Below are positions 1 through 9,053 of a stretch of 64,000 nucleotides of DNA, in pieces (position 1 is the first letter of the stretch; each line of letters opens with the position of its first letter). Made by a program: the position numbers and the translations under genes. Source of the stretch: Myxococcota bacterium (GTDB taxonomy: Bacteria > Myxococcota_A > UBA9160 > UBA4427); NCBI GenBank assembly GCA_965250285.1, contig OZ252299.1, positions 3,040,001 to 3,104,000 of the forward strand. Reading direction: 5' to 3'. The notes beneath the pieces were generated by a model. That model was not told the origin of the DNA. It saw nothing but the letters and a program-made list of their open reading frames with translations, and ran no database searches.

Positions 1-151
1 CCAGATCGCCGAGCTGCGACCAGAAATCCTTGGCGTAGCCGACGGGGTCGTCCTCGAGCTTGCGCACGACCTCGATCGGGCACTGCTCGTTGCATACGCC
101 GCGCACCATCTCGCGCAGCATCTCCTGTTCTTCGCTGAAGTCCAGATCCAT
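1..151 (-). CDS. Acyl-CoA dehydrogenase, N-terminal part (runs off window edge)
   Basis: Minus strand reads MDLDFSEEQEMLREMVRGVCNEQCPIEVVRKLEDDPVGYAKDFWSQLGDL, a typical ACAD N-terminus; GGAG RBS upstream; lies downstream of MaoC genes in the same orientation. Confidence 0.8.
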   Translation of the reverse strand, partial: MDLDFSEEQEMLREMVRGVCNEQCPIEVVRKLEDDPVGYAKDFWSQLGDL

Positions 152-231
152 CGGGGGCTCCTCTCGCATCGGCTGCGCCTCGGGGCACAGAGCCGATCAG
201 TGTGCATTCGGCCCTGCGGCCGGGTGTCGCG

Positions 232-714
232 CTAGGGCTTCCAGTCGCCGCCCTTGCGCTGCCAGGGGTTGTCGTCGGCATCGACCGGCACGGCCACGCG
301 GGCCGAGCAGTCGGTCACGGTGGTGTCGCCGACCGCGAGGTTCAGCGCCAGATCGACCCAGCCGCAGCCGGCTTCGTCCTGCCCGACCTTCTCGACCTTG
401 CCCGTGAATACCATCGTGTCGCCCGGGAAGACCGAGTTCTTCATGCGGAACTGGATCTTGCCGAGGCGACCCTTCGGGCCGGTCCAGTCGGTCAGATAGC
501 GTTCGAACCACGCGGCCTGGTTCGGCGTATTGAGGAAGATGTCCTTCACGCCGTTTCGATTCTGGGCAAAATCCTTGTCGTGGTGCATCGGGCGGAAGTC
601 GCGGCTCGCCAGCGCGCCGAGCACGACGGTGGTCGCCGACACGTCGTAGCTGAGCGCGGGCAGATCGGCGCCTTCGCTCACGTCGCCCAGGGTCAGGTTC
701 GCAGTCTCACTCAT
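232..714 (-). CDS. MaoC-family (R)-hydratase, ChsH1-like
   Basis: Hot-dog hydratase motif ASRDFRPMHHD, followed by DIFLNT and VFPGDT. Confidence 0.85.
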   Translation of the reverse strand: MSETANLTLGDVSEGADLPALSYDVSATTVVLGALASRDFRPMHHDKDFAQNRNGVKDIFLNTPNQAAWFERYLTDWTGPKGRLGKIQFRMKNSVFPGDTMVFTGKVEKVGQDEAGCGWVDLALNLAVGDTTVTDCSARVAVPVDADDNPWQRKGGDWKP

Positions 715-741
715 GACGCATCCTCTCTCGTCGCATTCGGT

Positions 742-1251
742 CTAGCCGCGCTTGTAGCCAAAGCCGGTGTAGCTCTCGACGGCGACCAGATCGCCGTCCT
801 GATTCGTGTACCGCACCTCGATGACCCAAAAACGACCCGTGCCGAGCTTGGTCGTCTTGTGTTCGCTGACCGAATGCAGCACCTGGCAGGTCTCGAGCAT
901 GTCGCCGGGTCGAACGGGGTCATAGAAGGTGATGGTGTTGTCGGTCATCACCGCCTCGGGCAGGTCGAGCGCCTCCTTCAGATCGAAGTGGATCTGCAGC
1001 GGCTGGGCCTGCTTCGTGCGACCCGGTGCCCAGAGGTGCGGGCGGAACCAGACCGAGATCATCGTCGGGGGCGCGATCGGACCCGAGGTGAGCTCGGTTG
1101 CCGTCTCGTCGTCCCAGAAGAGCGGGTTGCCATTCTCGACCGACGAGCACGTCGTCCAGATGTAGCCACGCTCGACGGGGAACTCGCCCCGCTCCTTGTA
1201 TCGCTCCTTGCCGATCCAACCCTGGACTTCGGCGGGCAACTCTTCGGCCAT
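742..1251 (-). CDS. MaoC-like dehydratase N-terminal domain protein (ChsH2-N-like partner)
   Basis: ENGNPLFWD, IAPPTM and PVRPGD motifs; adjacent to the MaoC gene. Confidence 0.8.
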   Translation of the reverse strand: MAEELPAEVQGWIGKERYKERGEFPVERGYIWTTCSSVENGNPLFWDDETATELTSGPIAPPTMISVWFRPHLWAPGRTKQAQPLQIHFDLKEALDLPEAVMTDNTITFYDPVRPGDMLETCQVLHSVSEHKTTKLGTGRFWVIEVRYTNQDGDLVAVESYTGFGYKRG

Positions 1252-1286
1252 GTCGGCTCTCCCCGTTGGCTTGGCGCGGCCCGTCG

Positions 1287-2486
1287 CTACTCGACGGCGC
1301 CGGCTTCGACGAGCGCATCGACCCGGGACTCGTCGAGCCCCGCCTCGGTCAGCACACGCCGCGTATCGGTTTCGAAGGGCGGACGCACCTGCGTCTCGGG
1401 CTGCTCACGGATGCAGCCCGCCAGCATCGGCGCCATCTGCTCGAACTCACCTGCTTCGTCGTGGTGGGCCTTCATGAAGAGCCCGCGCGCGCGGTGGTGC
1501 GCGTCATCGACGACTTCGGGGATCGAGAGCACCGGCGCCACGCACGTGTCGTTCGGCGCCAGCTCGGCCGCCCACTCGTCCCGGGTGCGCTTCGCAAACG
1601 CGGCCGAGAACGCAGCGCGGATCTCGTCCTGCTTCGCATCGTCCATCTGGTGCGCCGCGTACTCGGGGCAACCCAGGCGCTCGCAGAGGTTGCGGTAGAA
1701 GTGCGGCTCGATGGCGCCGACCGAGATCCAGCCCCCGCCCTGGCAGGCGTAGACGTCGTAGCAGGCGTAGCGACCCGTGAGCAGCACCTGGCGCGAGCCG
1801 GCGACCTCGCCGGTGGCGAGGTACTGGTCGATCGAGAGCGACATCAGGGAAAGCACCCCCTCGGTGGCCGACACGTCGAGGTAGGTGCCCTCCCCCGACA
1901 CGCTGCGCCGAACGAGCGCCGCCATGATCGAGAGCACCGCGTGCATGCCACCGCCCGCGCTGTCGGCCGCCGTCGCGCCGGGGATCGGCGGCCCTCCGTC
2001 CGCGCGCGGCTCGCTGCAGGCCAGATAGCCACTCATCGCCAGATAGTTGATGTCGTGCCCCGCCCAGTCGGCGGCGGGCCCGGTCTGTCCGTAGCCACTC
2101 GTCGAGCAGTAGACGAGGCGCGGGTTGACGGCCCGCAGGTCATCCCAACCGAGCCCGAGCCGCGCGGCGACGCCCGGCCGATAGCTCTCGATGAGCACGT
2201 CCGAGATCGCCACCACCTCGAGCAGCGCCTCGCGCCCCACATCGCTCTTGAGGTCGAAGCGCATCCGCTCGATCCCGCGGCCGGCACCGTAGGTGTGGAA
2301 CGGCGGCACGATCTGCTTCGCGCCCTTCTTCGACACCGGCGCGACCTGGATCACGCGCGCGCCATAGTCGGCCAGCGTGCGCGAGGCACGTGCGGCCGGA
2401 CCGACGCTCGCGAGATTGAGCACGGTCACGCCCTCGAGCAACGAGGTCTTGGGCGCGGGGGGCGCGTTCGAGACGGAGGGGACCAT
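1287..2486 (-). CDS. CaiB/BaiF family III CoA-transferase (alpha-methylacyl-CoA racemase-like)
   Basis: ESYRPGVAARLGLG, SGYGQTGP, GHDINYLA, conserved Asp in ADSAGG. Confidence 0.9.
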   Translation of the reverse strand: MVPSVSNAPPAPKTSLLEGVTVLNLASVGPAARASRTLADYGARVIQVAPVSKKGAKQIVPPFHTYGAGRGIERMRFDLKSDVGREALLEVVAISDVLIESYRPGVAARLGLGWDDLRAVNPRLVYCSTSGYGQTGPAADWAGHDINYLAMSGYLACSEPRADGGPPIPGATAADSAGGGMHAVLSIMAALVRRSVSGEGTYLDVSATEGVLSLMSLSIDQYLATGEVAGSRQVLLTGRYACYDVYACQGGGWISVGAIEPHFYRNLCERLGCPEYAAHQMDDAKQDEIRAAFSAAFAKRTRDEWAAELAPNDTCVAPVLSIPEVVDDAHHRARGLFMKAHHDEAGEFEQMAPMLAGCIREQPETQVRPPFETDTRRVLTEAGLDESRVDALVEAGAVE

Positions 2487-2501
2487 TCGAGTCGCTTCGA
2501 C

Positions 2502-3692
2502 CTAGAAGTTCTTCGGCAGCCCGAGACCGCGGCGCGCGATGATGTTCTTCTGGATCTCCGAGGCGCCGCCGCCGATCGTGTCGATCACGGTGTAGCGGTA
2601 GGTCGACTCGGCGCGGCCCTTCATGGGTGCCTCTTCGGTGCCCACGCGCAGCTGTGCGCCCGGGCCACCGATGTCCATGCTCGCGTTGGCGAGCTTCTTC
2701 GAGAAGCCCGTCGCGAACAGCTTGTACATCGACGCCTCGGTCGTCGGCGGCTTCTTGCCGATGCCGGCCTTCGAGACGAAATCCAGGCCCAACACGCGAG
2801 CGACCTCGGCCTGCGTGGCGAGCTCGGCGATCTTCGAGCGGACCTTCGGATCAGCCTTGAGGGGCTCACCGTCGCGGGTCTCGTTCTTCACGTAGTCGAC
2901 GAGCAGCTCGAGGCGCTGCTTGATCGGCGAGAACGTGAACATCGTGAAGCGCTCGAGATCGAGGGCCTCGCTGATGTAGCCGAACCCCTTGCCGACCTCG
3001 CCGACCACATAGTCGTCGGGCACGAAGACGTCCTTGAAGTAGACCTCGTTCGTGCGCTCGTCGCCGATCGTCCAGGTCGCGTGCACCTCGAGACCGGGGT
3101 GATCCATAGGCACGAGCATCAGCGTGATGCCGCCATGCTTGTTCTCGGGGTCGGTGCGCACGCCCACCCAGTACCAGTCGGCGAAGTGCGCCGAGGTGGT
3201 CCAGATCTTCTGGCCGTTCAGCACCCAGCCGCCCCGCTCGTCGTCATGGATGCCACGAAGCTGCATGTTCGCCGCATCGCTGCCGGCCTGGGGCTCGCTG
3301 TAGCCGACCGCGAACTCGACCTCGGCGTTGAGGATCTTCGGCAGGAACTCGGCCTTGAGCTTCTCATTGCCGTGTCGAATCAGCGTCTTGCCGATGATGC
3401 CGACACCCTTGCCGATCTGCGGGCCTCCGCGATAGGCGAGCGCCTCGTTGAGCAGATACTCGAAGACGCCCTCGCCCTCTTGTCCGCCAAGCTCCTTCGG
3501 CCACGTGATTCCGAGCCAGCCCTTGTCGGCCATCTTCTTCATGAAGTCGCGCCGGTCCTGGGTGTCGACGATCTGCGCCATGTTCTCGCGGGTCACGTCG
3601 AAGACGTCACCGCTGCCGTCGTCGTTGGCGTCGAGGAACTGCTCGACGTCCTTCAGGAAGGCGTTCTGCTCGTCGGAGAATTCGAAGTTCAT
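2502..3692 (-). CDS. Acyl-CoA dehydrogenase (FadE26/29-like subgroup)
   Basis: GYSEPQAGSD, NGQKIWTT, LDLERF, TIGGGASEIQKNIIA. Confidence 0.92.
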   Translation of the reverse strand: MNFEFSDEQNAFLKDVEQFLDANDDGSGDVFDVTRENMAQIVDTQDRRDFMKKMADKGWLGITWPKELGGQEGEGVFEYLLNEALAYRGGPQIGKGVGIIGKTLIRHGNEKLKAEFLPKILNAEVEFAVGYSEPQAGSDAANMQLRGIHDDERGGWVLNGQKIWTTSAHFADWYWVGVRTDPENKHGGITLMLVPMDHPGLEVHATWTIGDERTNEVYFKDVFVPDDYVVGEVGKGFGYISEALDLERFTMFTFSPIKQRLELLVDYVKNETRDGEPLKADPKVRSKIAELATQAEVARVLGLDFVSKAGIGKKPPTTEASMYKLFATGFSKKLANASMDIGGPGAQLRVGTEEAPMKGRAESTYRYTVIDTIGGGASEIQKNIIARRGLGLPKNF

Positions 3693-3790
3693 CGGGGGCT
3701 CCTGGCGCTGGGCCGACGCTCCGAGCCGCTCGGGCGGGCGTCGCGAGGTTGGGCTGGCGATGCCTGGATCGTTCAGGCGGGATAGAACAT

Positions 3791-3813
3791 ATACGATACG
3801 TCGCGTATTGTAA
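3791..3813. promoter_or_regulatory. Putative operator palindrome, copy 1 (ATACGATACG-TCG-CGTATTGTAA)
   Basis: AT-rich imperfect inverted repeat about 100 bp upstream of the ACAD operon; the motif recurs at 8969 and 36488. Confidence 0.7.
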
Positions 3814-4490
3814 ATCGGCCCCCGCGGGCCCGCCTTGGCCTCCAGGACGCGCTGAGGCGCCCTCTATTCGCCCTGCTGCGACCGACTCTCCCATCCCCGC
3901 AGACGGGCGAAGCGCGCGGGTCGGCTCGAGCCCGCCCTCTCGCGGCACGCCCGAGGCCTGATGCGCGACCCGGGCGCTCGGGCCATGCCGGGATCCCCTC
4001 GCCTCGAAGCCAGGGCTCTATGGCGCTCCTGTCAGGCGAAAACGAACCCACAGTGCAGATTTTCTCGATTCGGCGGACGAACACGCGACGCGCTGCGCCA
4101 CGACGTGCGGCTCGGATGCTGGCCTGTTCGGTGTCGCGACCGGTTCGATGAGACGCCGTCTACGGCCGAGACCCCGTCACACCGACTGCTGACATTCACT
4201 CATTCAAGTGGGTCGACACCATTCTTGCCCCCCAATCAGGTAGGGGCAGATCGCCCCGCGCAGACGAGCCGCCGCGGGCATGCCCCCTCGCCGCTGACGC
4301 CGCTCGTCAAAGGTGCATTCCGAACTGTCACATAACGGTGTTGATTATGGCTTGCCCGGTTTTCGAGCCCGGTGATAGAAGGGACCCACCTGCTGGTTCG
4401 ACGTTCTGCCACCGCGTCGAAGATCGCCGCAACTCAATCGCCGCATGGCCGAGCGTCGCGCTCTCAACCCGCCAAGGAGAAACGGTCCAA

Positions 4491-5396
4491 GTGGACACTT
4501 CAAGCCGACGTTCGACCCTCGCGTTCGCCCTGCTGCTCTCGATCGCATTCGCTGCATCGCCCGCATGGAGCGGCAATCTGATCTCGTTCAAGGACGACGC
4601 CACCGTGCCACACGAGCTCATCCTCAACGGCCAGACCGTTGGAGCGGGCGCCATCCTCAACAACGACCCCCCGGCGCAAGTCGTGGCTGAATCGACGATC
4701 TTCGGAGCCGTCCAGGAAGATCTCGACGCGATCCACCTGATGAGCAACGGTCACTACCTGCTCTCGACGGCAACCGCATCGACCGTCGATGGCGTGTTCT
4801 ATCTGGCCGGAGACATCTTCGAGTTCGACCCCGACACCGGGACGGCCAGCGAGTTCTTCGACGTCAACTTGTTCGGGTCGACCGCCGTCAACGTCGACGC
4901 GGTCTATCTCATCGAGGGCGGCCCCGACGACGGCAATCTCATCCTCTCGACGACCGGCAACGCCACCCTCGGCGGCCTGACCTTTCGTCACGGAGATCTG
5001 GTCAAGTACGACCCCGACAGCGACACCGCGACGATCTTCTTCGACCAGGACGAGATCACGGGCACCCTGTCACAGAAGAACATCGAGGGGCTGCACGTCA
5101 CGCCGACGGGCGACCTCATCATCACGGTGGCCATCAGCAACGGCACCCTCGGCGGCGTGACGCTCGAGTCGAGTGACCTGATCCGACACACGCCGGGAGG
5201 CGCGACCTCGGTCGAGTTCGATGGCGAAGGCCTGTTCGACGGGGTGACAGCCAGCTTCAACGCCATCGGCAAGCTGCCGGCCCCGGTCCCGGCCCTGAGC
5301 ACGCGATCGGTCGCCCTGCTGATCGCTGGCCTTGCAATGATCACCGTGTGGATGCTGCGCGACGTCGCGCATCGAAGACGAGGTCGGGCGCGCTGA
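4491..5396 (+). CDS. Secreted repeat protein with IPTL-CTERM-like sorting signal
   Basis: AAGGAG RBS then GTG at 4491; signal peptide (RRSTLAFALLLSIAFAASPAWS); C-terminal VPALS + hydrophobic helix + RRRGRAR. Confidence 0.8.
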   Translation: MDTSSRRSTLAFALLLSIAFAASPAWSGNLISFKDDATVPHELILNGQTVGAGAILNNDPPAQVVAESTIFGAVQEDLDAIHLMSNGHYLLSTATASTVDGVFYLAGDIFEFDPDTGTASEFFDVNLFGSTAVNVDAVYLIEGGPDDGNLILSTTGNATLGGLTFRHGDLVKYDPDSDTATIFFDQDEITGTLSQKNIEGLHVTPTGDLIITVAISNGTLGGVTLESSDLIRHTPGGATSVEFDGEGLFDGVTASFNAIGKLPAPVPALSTRSVALLIAGLAMITVWMLRDVAHRRRGRAR

Positions 5397-5442
5397 GCGG
5401 CACCTGCGCGGCCGCGCCCACCGCGCCGCGCCGCGCACGACC

Positions 5443-5476
5443 GGGCAGGGTCGGGGGGTCGACCCCGACCCTGCCC
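5443..5476. terminator. GC-rich hairpin between convergent genes
   Basis: GGGCAGGGTCGGGG-GGTCGA-CCCCGACCCTGCCC, perfect 14-bp stem; no U-tract. Confidence 0.55.
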
Positions 5477-5498
5477 CCAGTCGGCGCCGAGTCGGCCC

Positions 5499-5987
5499 CT
5501 AGTCGGCCTGAGCCGTTCGCACCCGCAGCTCGACCAGCATGTCCCCCCACCAGGTGCCGTAGAGGGCGACGAGCGCCGTACCCTCGAGCCCGTGTCGTGC
5601 GGGATGATCGCGGCGCAGGGCATCGAGACCGCGATGCTCGAGCGTGACCCGGGTGCCCTCGGTCACCGGCTCGAAGTGCACGGCGACCTCGGTCTCTTCG
5701 TCGGGCGCGAAGTTCGTGCCCCGAAACCGAAAGACGAGGCGCCCCTCGGCGGGCGCCCACTCGACGACCTTGCCGATCTCGCGCACGTCTCCGTTCGATG
5801 CCTCGGCGATCAGTCGACCGCTCGGACCCGGCTCGAAGCGCATCACGTCGTCTCCGGGCGCGCGGTAGCGCACGCCGCGCTTCCACCAGGCGTCGACGTC
5901 TTCCGTGAAGATCTCGAAGGCCATGTCGGGCTCGACGGCGACCACCGTCGAAACGACGACTGTCTCGGCGCCGCGTACGGCGTTCAT
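5499..5987 (-). CDS. SRPBCC/AHSA1 (START-like) domain protein
   Basis: AFEIFTEDVDAWW, TEVAVHFEP, GTRVTLEHRG; its ATG overlaps the ArsR stop (ATGA). Confidence 0.85.
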   Translation of the reverse strand: MNAVRGAETVVVSTVVAVEPDMAFEIFTEDVDAWWKRGVRYRAPGDDVMRFEPGPSGRLIAEASNGDVREIGKVVEWAPAEGRLVFRFRGTNFAPDEETEVAVHFEPVTEGTRVTLEHRGLDALRRDHPARHGLEGTALVALYGTWWGDMLVELRVRTAQAD

Positions 5988-6343
5988 TCGACCGGATCCT
6001 TCGCCGGGCGTCTCGACCGAGACTCGGCGTGCACGCGGAACGCATCGAGCTGATCGGTCCAGAAGGCCTCGACCTCGTCGATCCAATCGTGGAGCGCTTC
6101 GAACGGCTCACGCCGCAGGCGGTACACACGGCCGCGCGCATCCTCCGGCGAAGGCGCCTCGTCGACGAGACCGTTCTCGCGGAGCACGCGGAGATGCCGG
6201 CTCATGGCGGGTCGACTCGTGTCGAGCCGCGACGACAGTTCACCGGCGCGCCGCGGCTCGGTGCGCAGCAGCTCGATGACGCCGCGCCGGGTCGGATCGG
6301 CCAGGGCCTGGAACGTGGCGTCGAGGTCGACGGCCGCGCTCAC
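5984..6343 (-). CDS. ArsR/SmtB-family transcriptional regulator
   Basis: FQALADPTRR, SRPAMSRHLRVLRENGLV, W..QLDAF; GTG start overlaps the upstream stop. Confidence 0.92.
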   Translation of the reverse strand: MSAAVDLDATFQALADPTRRGVIELLRTEPRRAGELSSRLDTSRPAMSRHLRVLRENGLVDEAPSPEDARGRVYRLRREPFEALHDWIDEVEAFWTDQLDAFRVHAESRSRRPAKDPVE

Positions 6344-6732
6344 GCGTCCGCCTCCGAGATAGGGCTGGCGAACATCCACCGATGCCCCTCCGGATCGACG
6401 GCGCGGTACATGCGGGTGCCGTGTTCTTCCATGGGTTCGGCGACGATCGTTGCACCGGCTTCGCGTGCGCGCGCGAAGTGCCCGTCGACGTCTTCGATCT
6501 GCACGTAGACCTGGCTGTGAACGGCGTCGAGTGATCGCGGCGTCGAGAAGCCCATCTCTTCGTACGCCGAGGCCAGATAGAGCGTGCCGCCGGCGAGGCT
6601 GAGCTCGGCGTGCCCGACCCGACCGTCGGGCATCGGGTACCGCGACTGCTCTTCGAAGCCGAAAGCGCGCTCGAGAAAGTCGATGGCCGCCGGAGCGTCC
6701 TGGTACGCCAGGTAGGGGATGAAGCGCTGCAT
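6340..6732 (-). CDS. VOC/glyoxalase/bleomycin-resistance (PhnB-like) protein
   Basis: PYLAYQDAPAAIDFLERAFGF, HAEL, DPEGHRW. Confidence 0.88.
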   Translation of the reverse strand: MQRFIPYLAYQDAPAAIDFLERAFGFEEQSRYPMPDGRVGHAELSLAGGTLYLASAYEEMGFSTPRSLDAVHSQVYVQIEDVDGHFARAREAGATIVAEPMEEHGTRMYRAVDPEGHRWMFASPISEADA

Positions 6733-6736
6733 CGAT

Positions 6737-7105
6737 TCAGACCTCCTTCTTCTTCCGCGGATCATCTGCTTTGGAGTGCTCGGTGGCACCCGGTGTGAGA
6801 TAGAGCTCCGCGAGGGTCTTGCGTACGTGATGACGGTGCCAGCGGCCGCGCGGGACGACGAAGAGCGAGCCCGCCTCGACGGTCGTGGTCACCTGTCCGT
6901 CGTCGAACATCACGATCAGGTCGACCTCGCCCTCGAGCACGAAGAGCAGCTCGTCGTCATCGGGATGCCGCTCCCAGGGCGACACTCCTTCCCCGCATTG
7001 GAACACGCCGATGTGGCCCTGGTTGAACGCCTCGAGCTGGCGGAACTCCATCGGCGGCAGCGTCGAAACGATCGCTCTCGGGTCGTGAGATGTGAGAGAC
7101 GGCAT
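6737..7105 (-). CDS. Cupin domain protein
   Basis: WERHPDDDELLFVLEG and VVPRGRWH cupin motifs. Confidence 0.85.
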   Translation of the reverse strand: MPSLTSHDPRAIVSTLPPMEFRQLEAFNQGHIGVFQCGEGVSPWERHPDDDELLFVLEGEVDLIVMFDDGQVTTTVEAGSLFVVPRGRWHRHHVRKTLAELYLTPGATEHSKADDPRKKKEV

Positions 7106-7581
7106 CACTTGCCCTCGCCTTCTCGCTTCGCCTGGGTGACGACGTCGAACTGCTCGAGCGACTCGTCCCAGGCGGCCTGGTCGTAGCGGAAGCCGAAGTA
7201 CCAGAGGTGCCCCTCGAGGTCTTCGCAGCCATAGGTTCGATCGCCGTAGCCCTGATCTTCGAGCTCACGCACGATGCGCGCCCCGGCGGCCTTCGCGCGT
7301 TCGTAGTGCGCGTCGATGTCGTCGACGAAGATGTAGAGGCTCGACGTGTAGTGGCCGTCGAGCTGATTCGGCGCCCGCGCCGCATCGGTCGGTCCACCGA
7401 GGCTCACGGCGCCCGATCCGTATTCGAGCTCGCAGTGCACGACATTTCCATCGCCATCCTCGATGCGGACCTTCGTCGTGAAGCCGAAGGCCTTCTCGAT
7501 CCAGGCGATGGCACCGGGCACATCGGCGTACATCAGCGTCGGGGTGATCTGGGGCTGGCCGGCAGGGGGTTGCGAGGACAT
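7105..7581 (-). CDS. VOC/glyoxalase family protein
   Basis: AIAWIEKAFGF, DIDAHYERAKAAGA, YGDR..DLEGHLW. Confidence 0.88.
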   Translation of the reverse strand: MSSQPPAGQPQITPTLMYADVPGAIAWIEKAFGFTTKVRIEDGDGNVVHCELEYGSGAVSLGGPTDAARAPNQLDGHYTSSLYIFVDDIDAHYERAKAAGARIVRELEDQGYGDRTYGCEDLEGHLWYFGFRYDQAAWDESLEQFDVVTQAKREGEGK

Positions 7582-7634
7582 GCGATCTCCTTCGAAGCGC
7601 CGGGGAGACGACCGGATCGGCGCGATGTCATTTA

Positions 7635-7652
7635 GTTAACTCGATCGTTAAC
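7635..7652. promoter_or_regulatory. Putative ArsR operator GTTAAC-N6-GTTAAC
   Basis: AT-rich palindrome about 55 bp upstream of the first gene of the VOC-cupin-VOC-ArsR-SRPBCC operon. Confidence 0.65.
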
Positions 7653-7755
7653 CAAAAGTCAACGCGAAAGTCGGCGCATGCTTGCTGCGCCGCAGATGCT
7701 CGATTCGATTGGAGAATGGGGCCGCTGGCGTCGGCCCGGGCGATGGGGCGCCCTG

Positions 7756-8934
7756 CTAGAAGTTCTTGGGCAGCCCCAGCCCGCGCGTCGCGATGATGTT
7801 CTTCTGGATCTCGCTCGCGCCCCCACCGATCGTGTCGACCACGGTGTAGCGGTACGACCGCTCGAACCGGCCGTCGAGGGGCGCGCCCTTCTCGCCCGGC
7901 TTCAGCTGACCGTCGTGGCCCAGGGTCTCGAGCGCACGATCGGCCACCCGCTTGCCGAGCTCGCTCTGGAACAGCTTGTACATCGCGGCTTCGACGGTCG
8001 GCACCCGCTGCTTCAGCGCTTCGCTGATCACCTTGCGCTGAAGCATGCGCGCCACCTCGAGCTCGGTGGCGTTGCGCGCGACGGTCTCGCGCACCTTCGG
8101 GTCGTCCTTGACGGGCTCGCCATCCTGCGTGGCGCTGCGAGCCCACTCGCAGTAGGCCTCGACCTTCTTCTCCATCGGGCCGATCGGCAGCATCGCGAAG
8201 CGCTCGAGGTCGAGGGCCTCGCAGATGTAGGTCCAGCCCTTGCCCACCTCGCCCACGACGTAGTCGTCGGGCACGAACACGTTCTCGAAGTAGACCTCGT
8301 TGGTGCGTTCGTCGCCGATCGTCCACGTCGGATGAATCTCGAGCCCAGCGTGGTCCATCGGGACGAGAAAGAGCGTGATGCCCTTGTGCTTGTGCTCGCC
8401 GGTGCGCGCGCCGACCCAGTACCAGTCGGCAAAATGCGCCGACGTCGTCCAGATCTTGTGGCCGTTCAGCACCCAGCCGCCGCGCTCGTCGTCGTGCACG
8501 GCCTTCAGCGCCATCGAGGCCGCATCGCTGCCGGCCTGGGGCTCGCTGTAGCCGATGGCGAACTCGATCTCGCCGCGCACGATCTGCGGCAGGAACTCGG
8601 CCTTCAACCGATCGTTGCCGTGACGAATGATCGTCTTGCCGACGATGCCGACGCCCTTGCCCGGCTGCGGGGCGCCGTAGCGAGAGAGGCCCTCGGTCAG
8701 GATGAAGTCGTAGATCCCGCTGCGCTCCTGCCCCCCGTACTCGCTCGGCCACGACATGCCGAGCCAGCCCTGCTCCGCGATCTGTCGCATGAGCGCGCGC
8801 TTCGCGGGCGTCTCGACGGTCTGCGAGAGCTGTTCGGGGTTGGCGTCCATCGTCTCGTCGCTCTGGTGGGCGGCGAGGAAGCGCTCGACCTCTTCGGCGA
8901 AGGTCTGCTCTTCGGGCAGCAGATCGAAGTCCAT
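7756..8934 (-). CDS. Acyl-CoA dehydrogenase (close paralog of 2502..3692)
   Basis: GYSEPQAGSD, DDERGGWVLNG, TIGGGASEIQKNII. Confidence 0.92.
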   Translation of the reverse strand: MDFDLLPEEQTFAEEVERFLAAHQSDETMDANPEQLSQTVETPAKRALMRQIAEQGWLGMSWPSEYGGQERSGIYDFILTEGLSRYGAPQPGKGVGIVGKTIIRHGNDRLKAEFLPQIVRGEIEFAIGYSEPQAGSDAASMALKAVHDDERGGWVLNGHKIWTTSAHFADWYWVGARTGEHKHKGITLFLVPMDHAGLEIHPTWTIGDERTNEVYFENVFVPDDYVVGEVGKGWTYICEALDLERFAMLPIGPMEKKVEAYCEWARSATQDGEPVKDDPKVRETVARNATELEVARMLQRKVISEALKQRVPTVEAAMYKLFQSELGKRVADRALETLGHDGQLKPGEKGAPLDGRFERSYRYTVVDTIGGGASEIQKNIIATRGLGLPKNF

Positions 8935-8968
8935 GCGGGCTCCCGGGCGCCATCGGCGCGCGTTCGAT

Positions 8969-8991
8969 TTTCGAGACGCAGCGTATAGTAT
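8969..8991. promoter_or_regulatory. Putative operator palindrome, copy 2 (TTTCGAGACG-CAG-CGTATAGTAT)
   Basis: Lies in the divergent ACAD/CaiB intergenic region; reverse complement ATACTATACG-CTG-CGTCTCGAAA matches copies 1 and 3. Confidence 0.65.
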
Positions 8992-9053
8992 CTTCGACAG
9001 CCGCCCAACCTGGACAAGCCGGGCCGGCTGCGAGCAGGGCGGAAGGAGGCTCG

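Noticed and set aside
1098..3785. Long plus-strand ORF (895 aa) and similar long antisense ORFs (e.g. 32958..35456, 45316..47403, 24732..26903)
   Set aside because: Shadow ORFs opposite well-supported genes; expected from high-GC codon bias; no recognisable motifs
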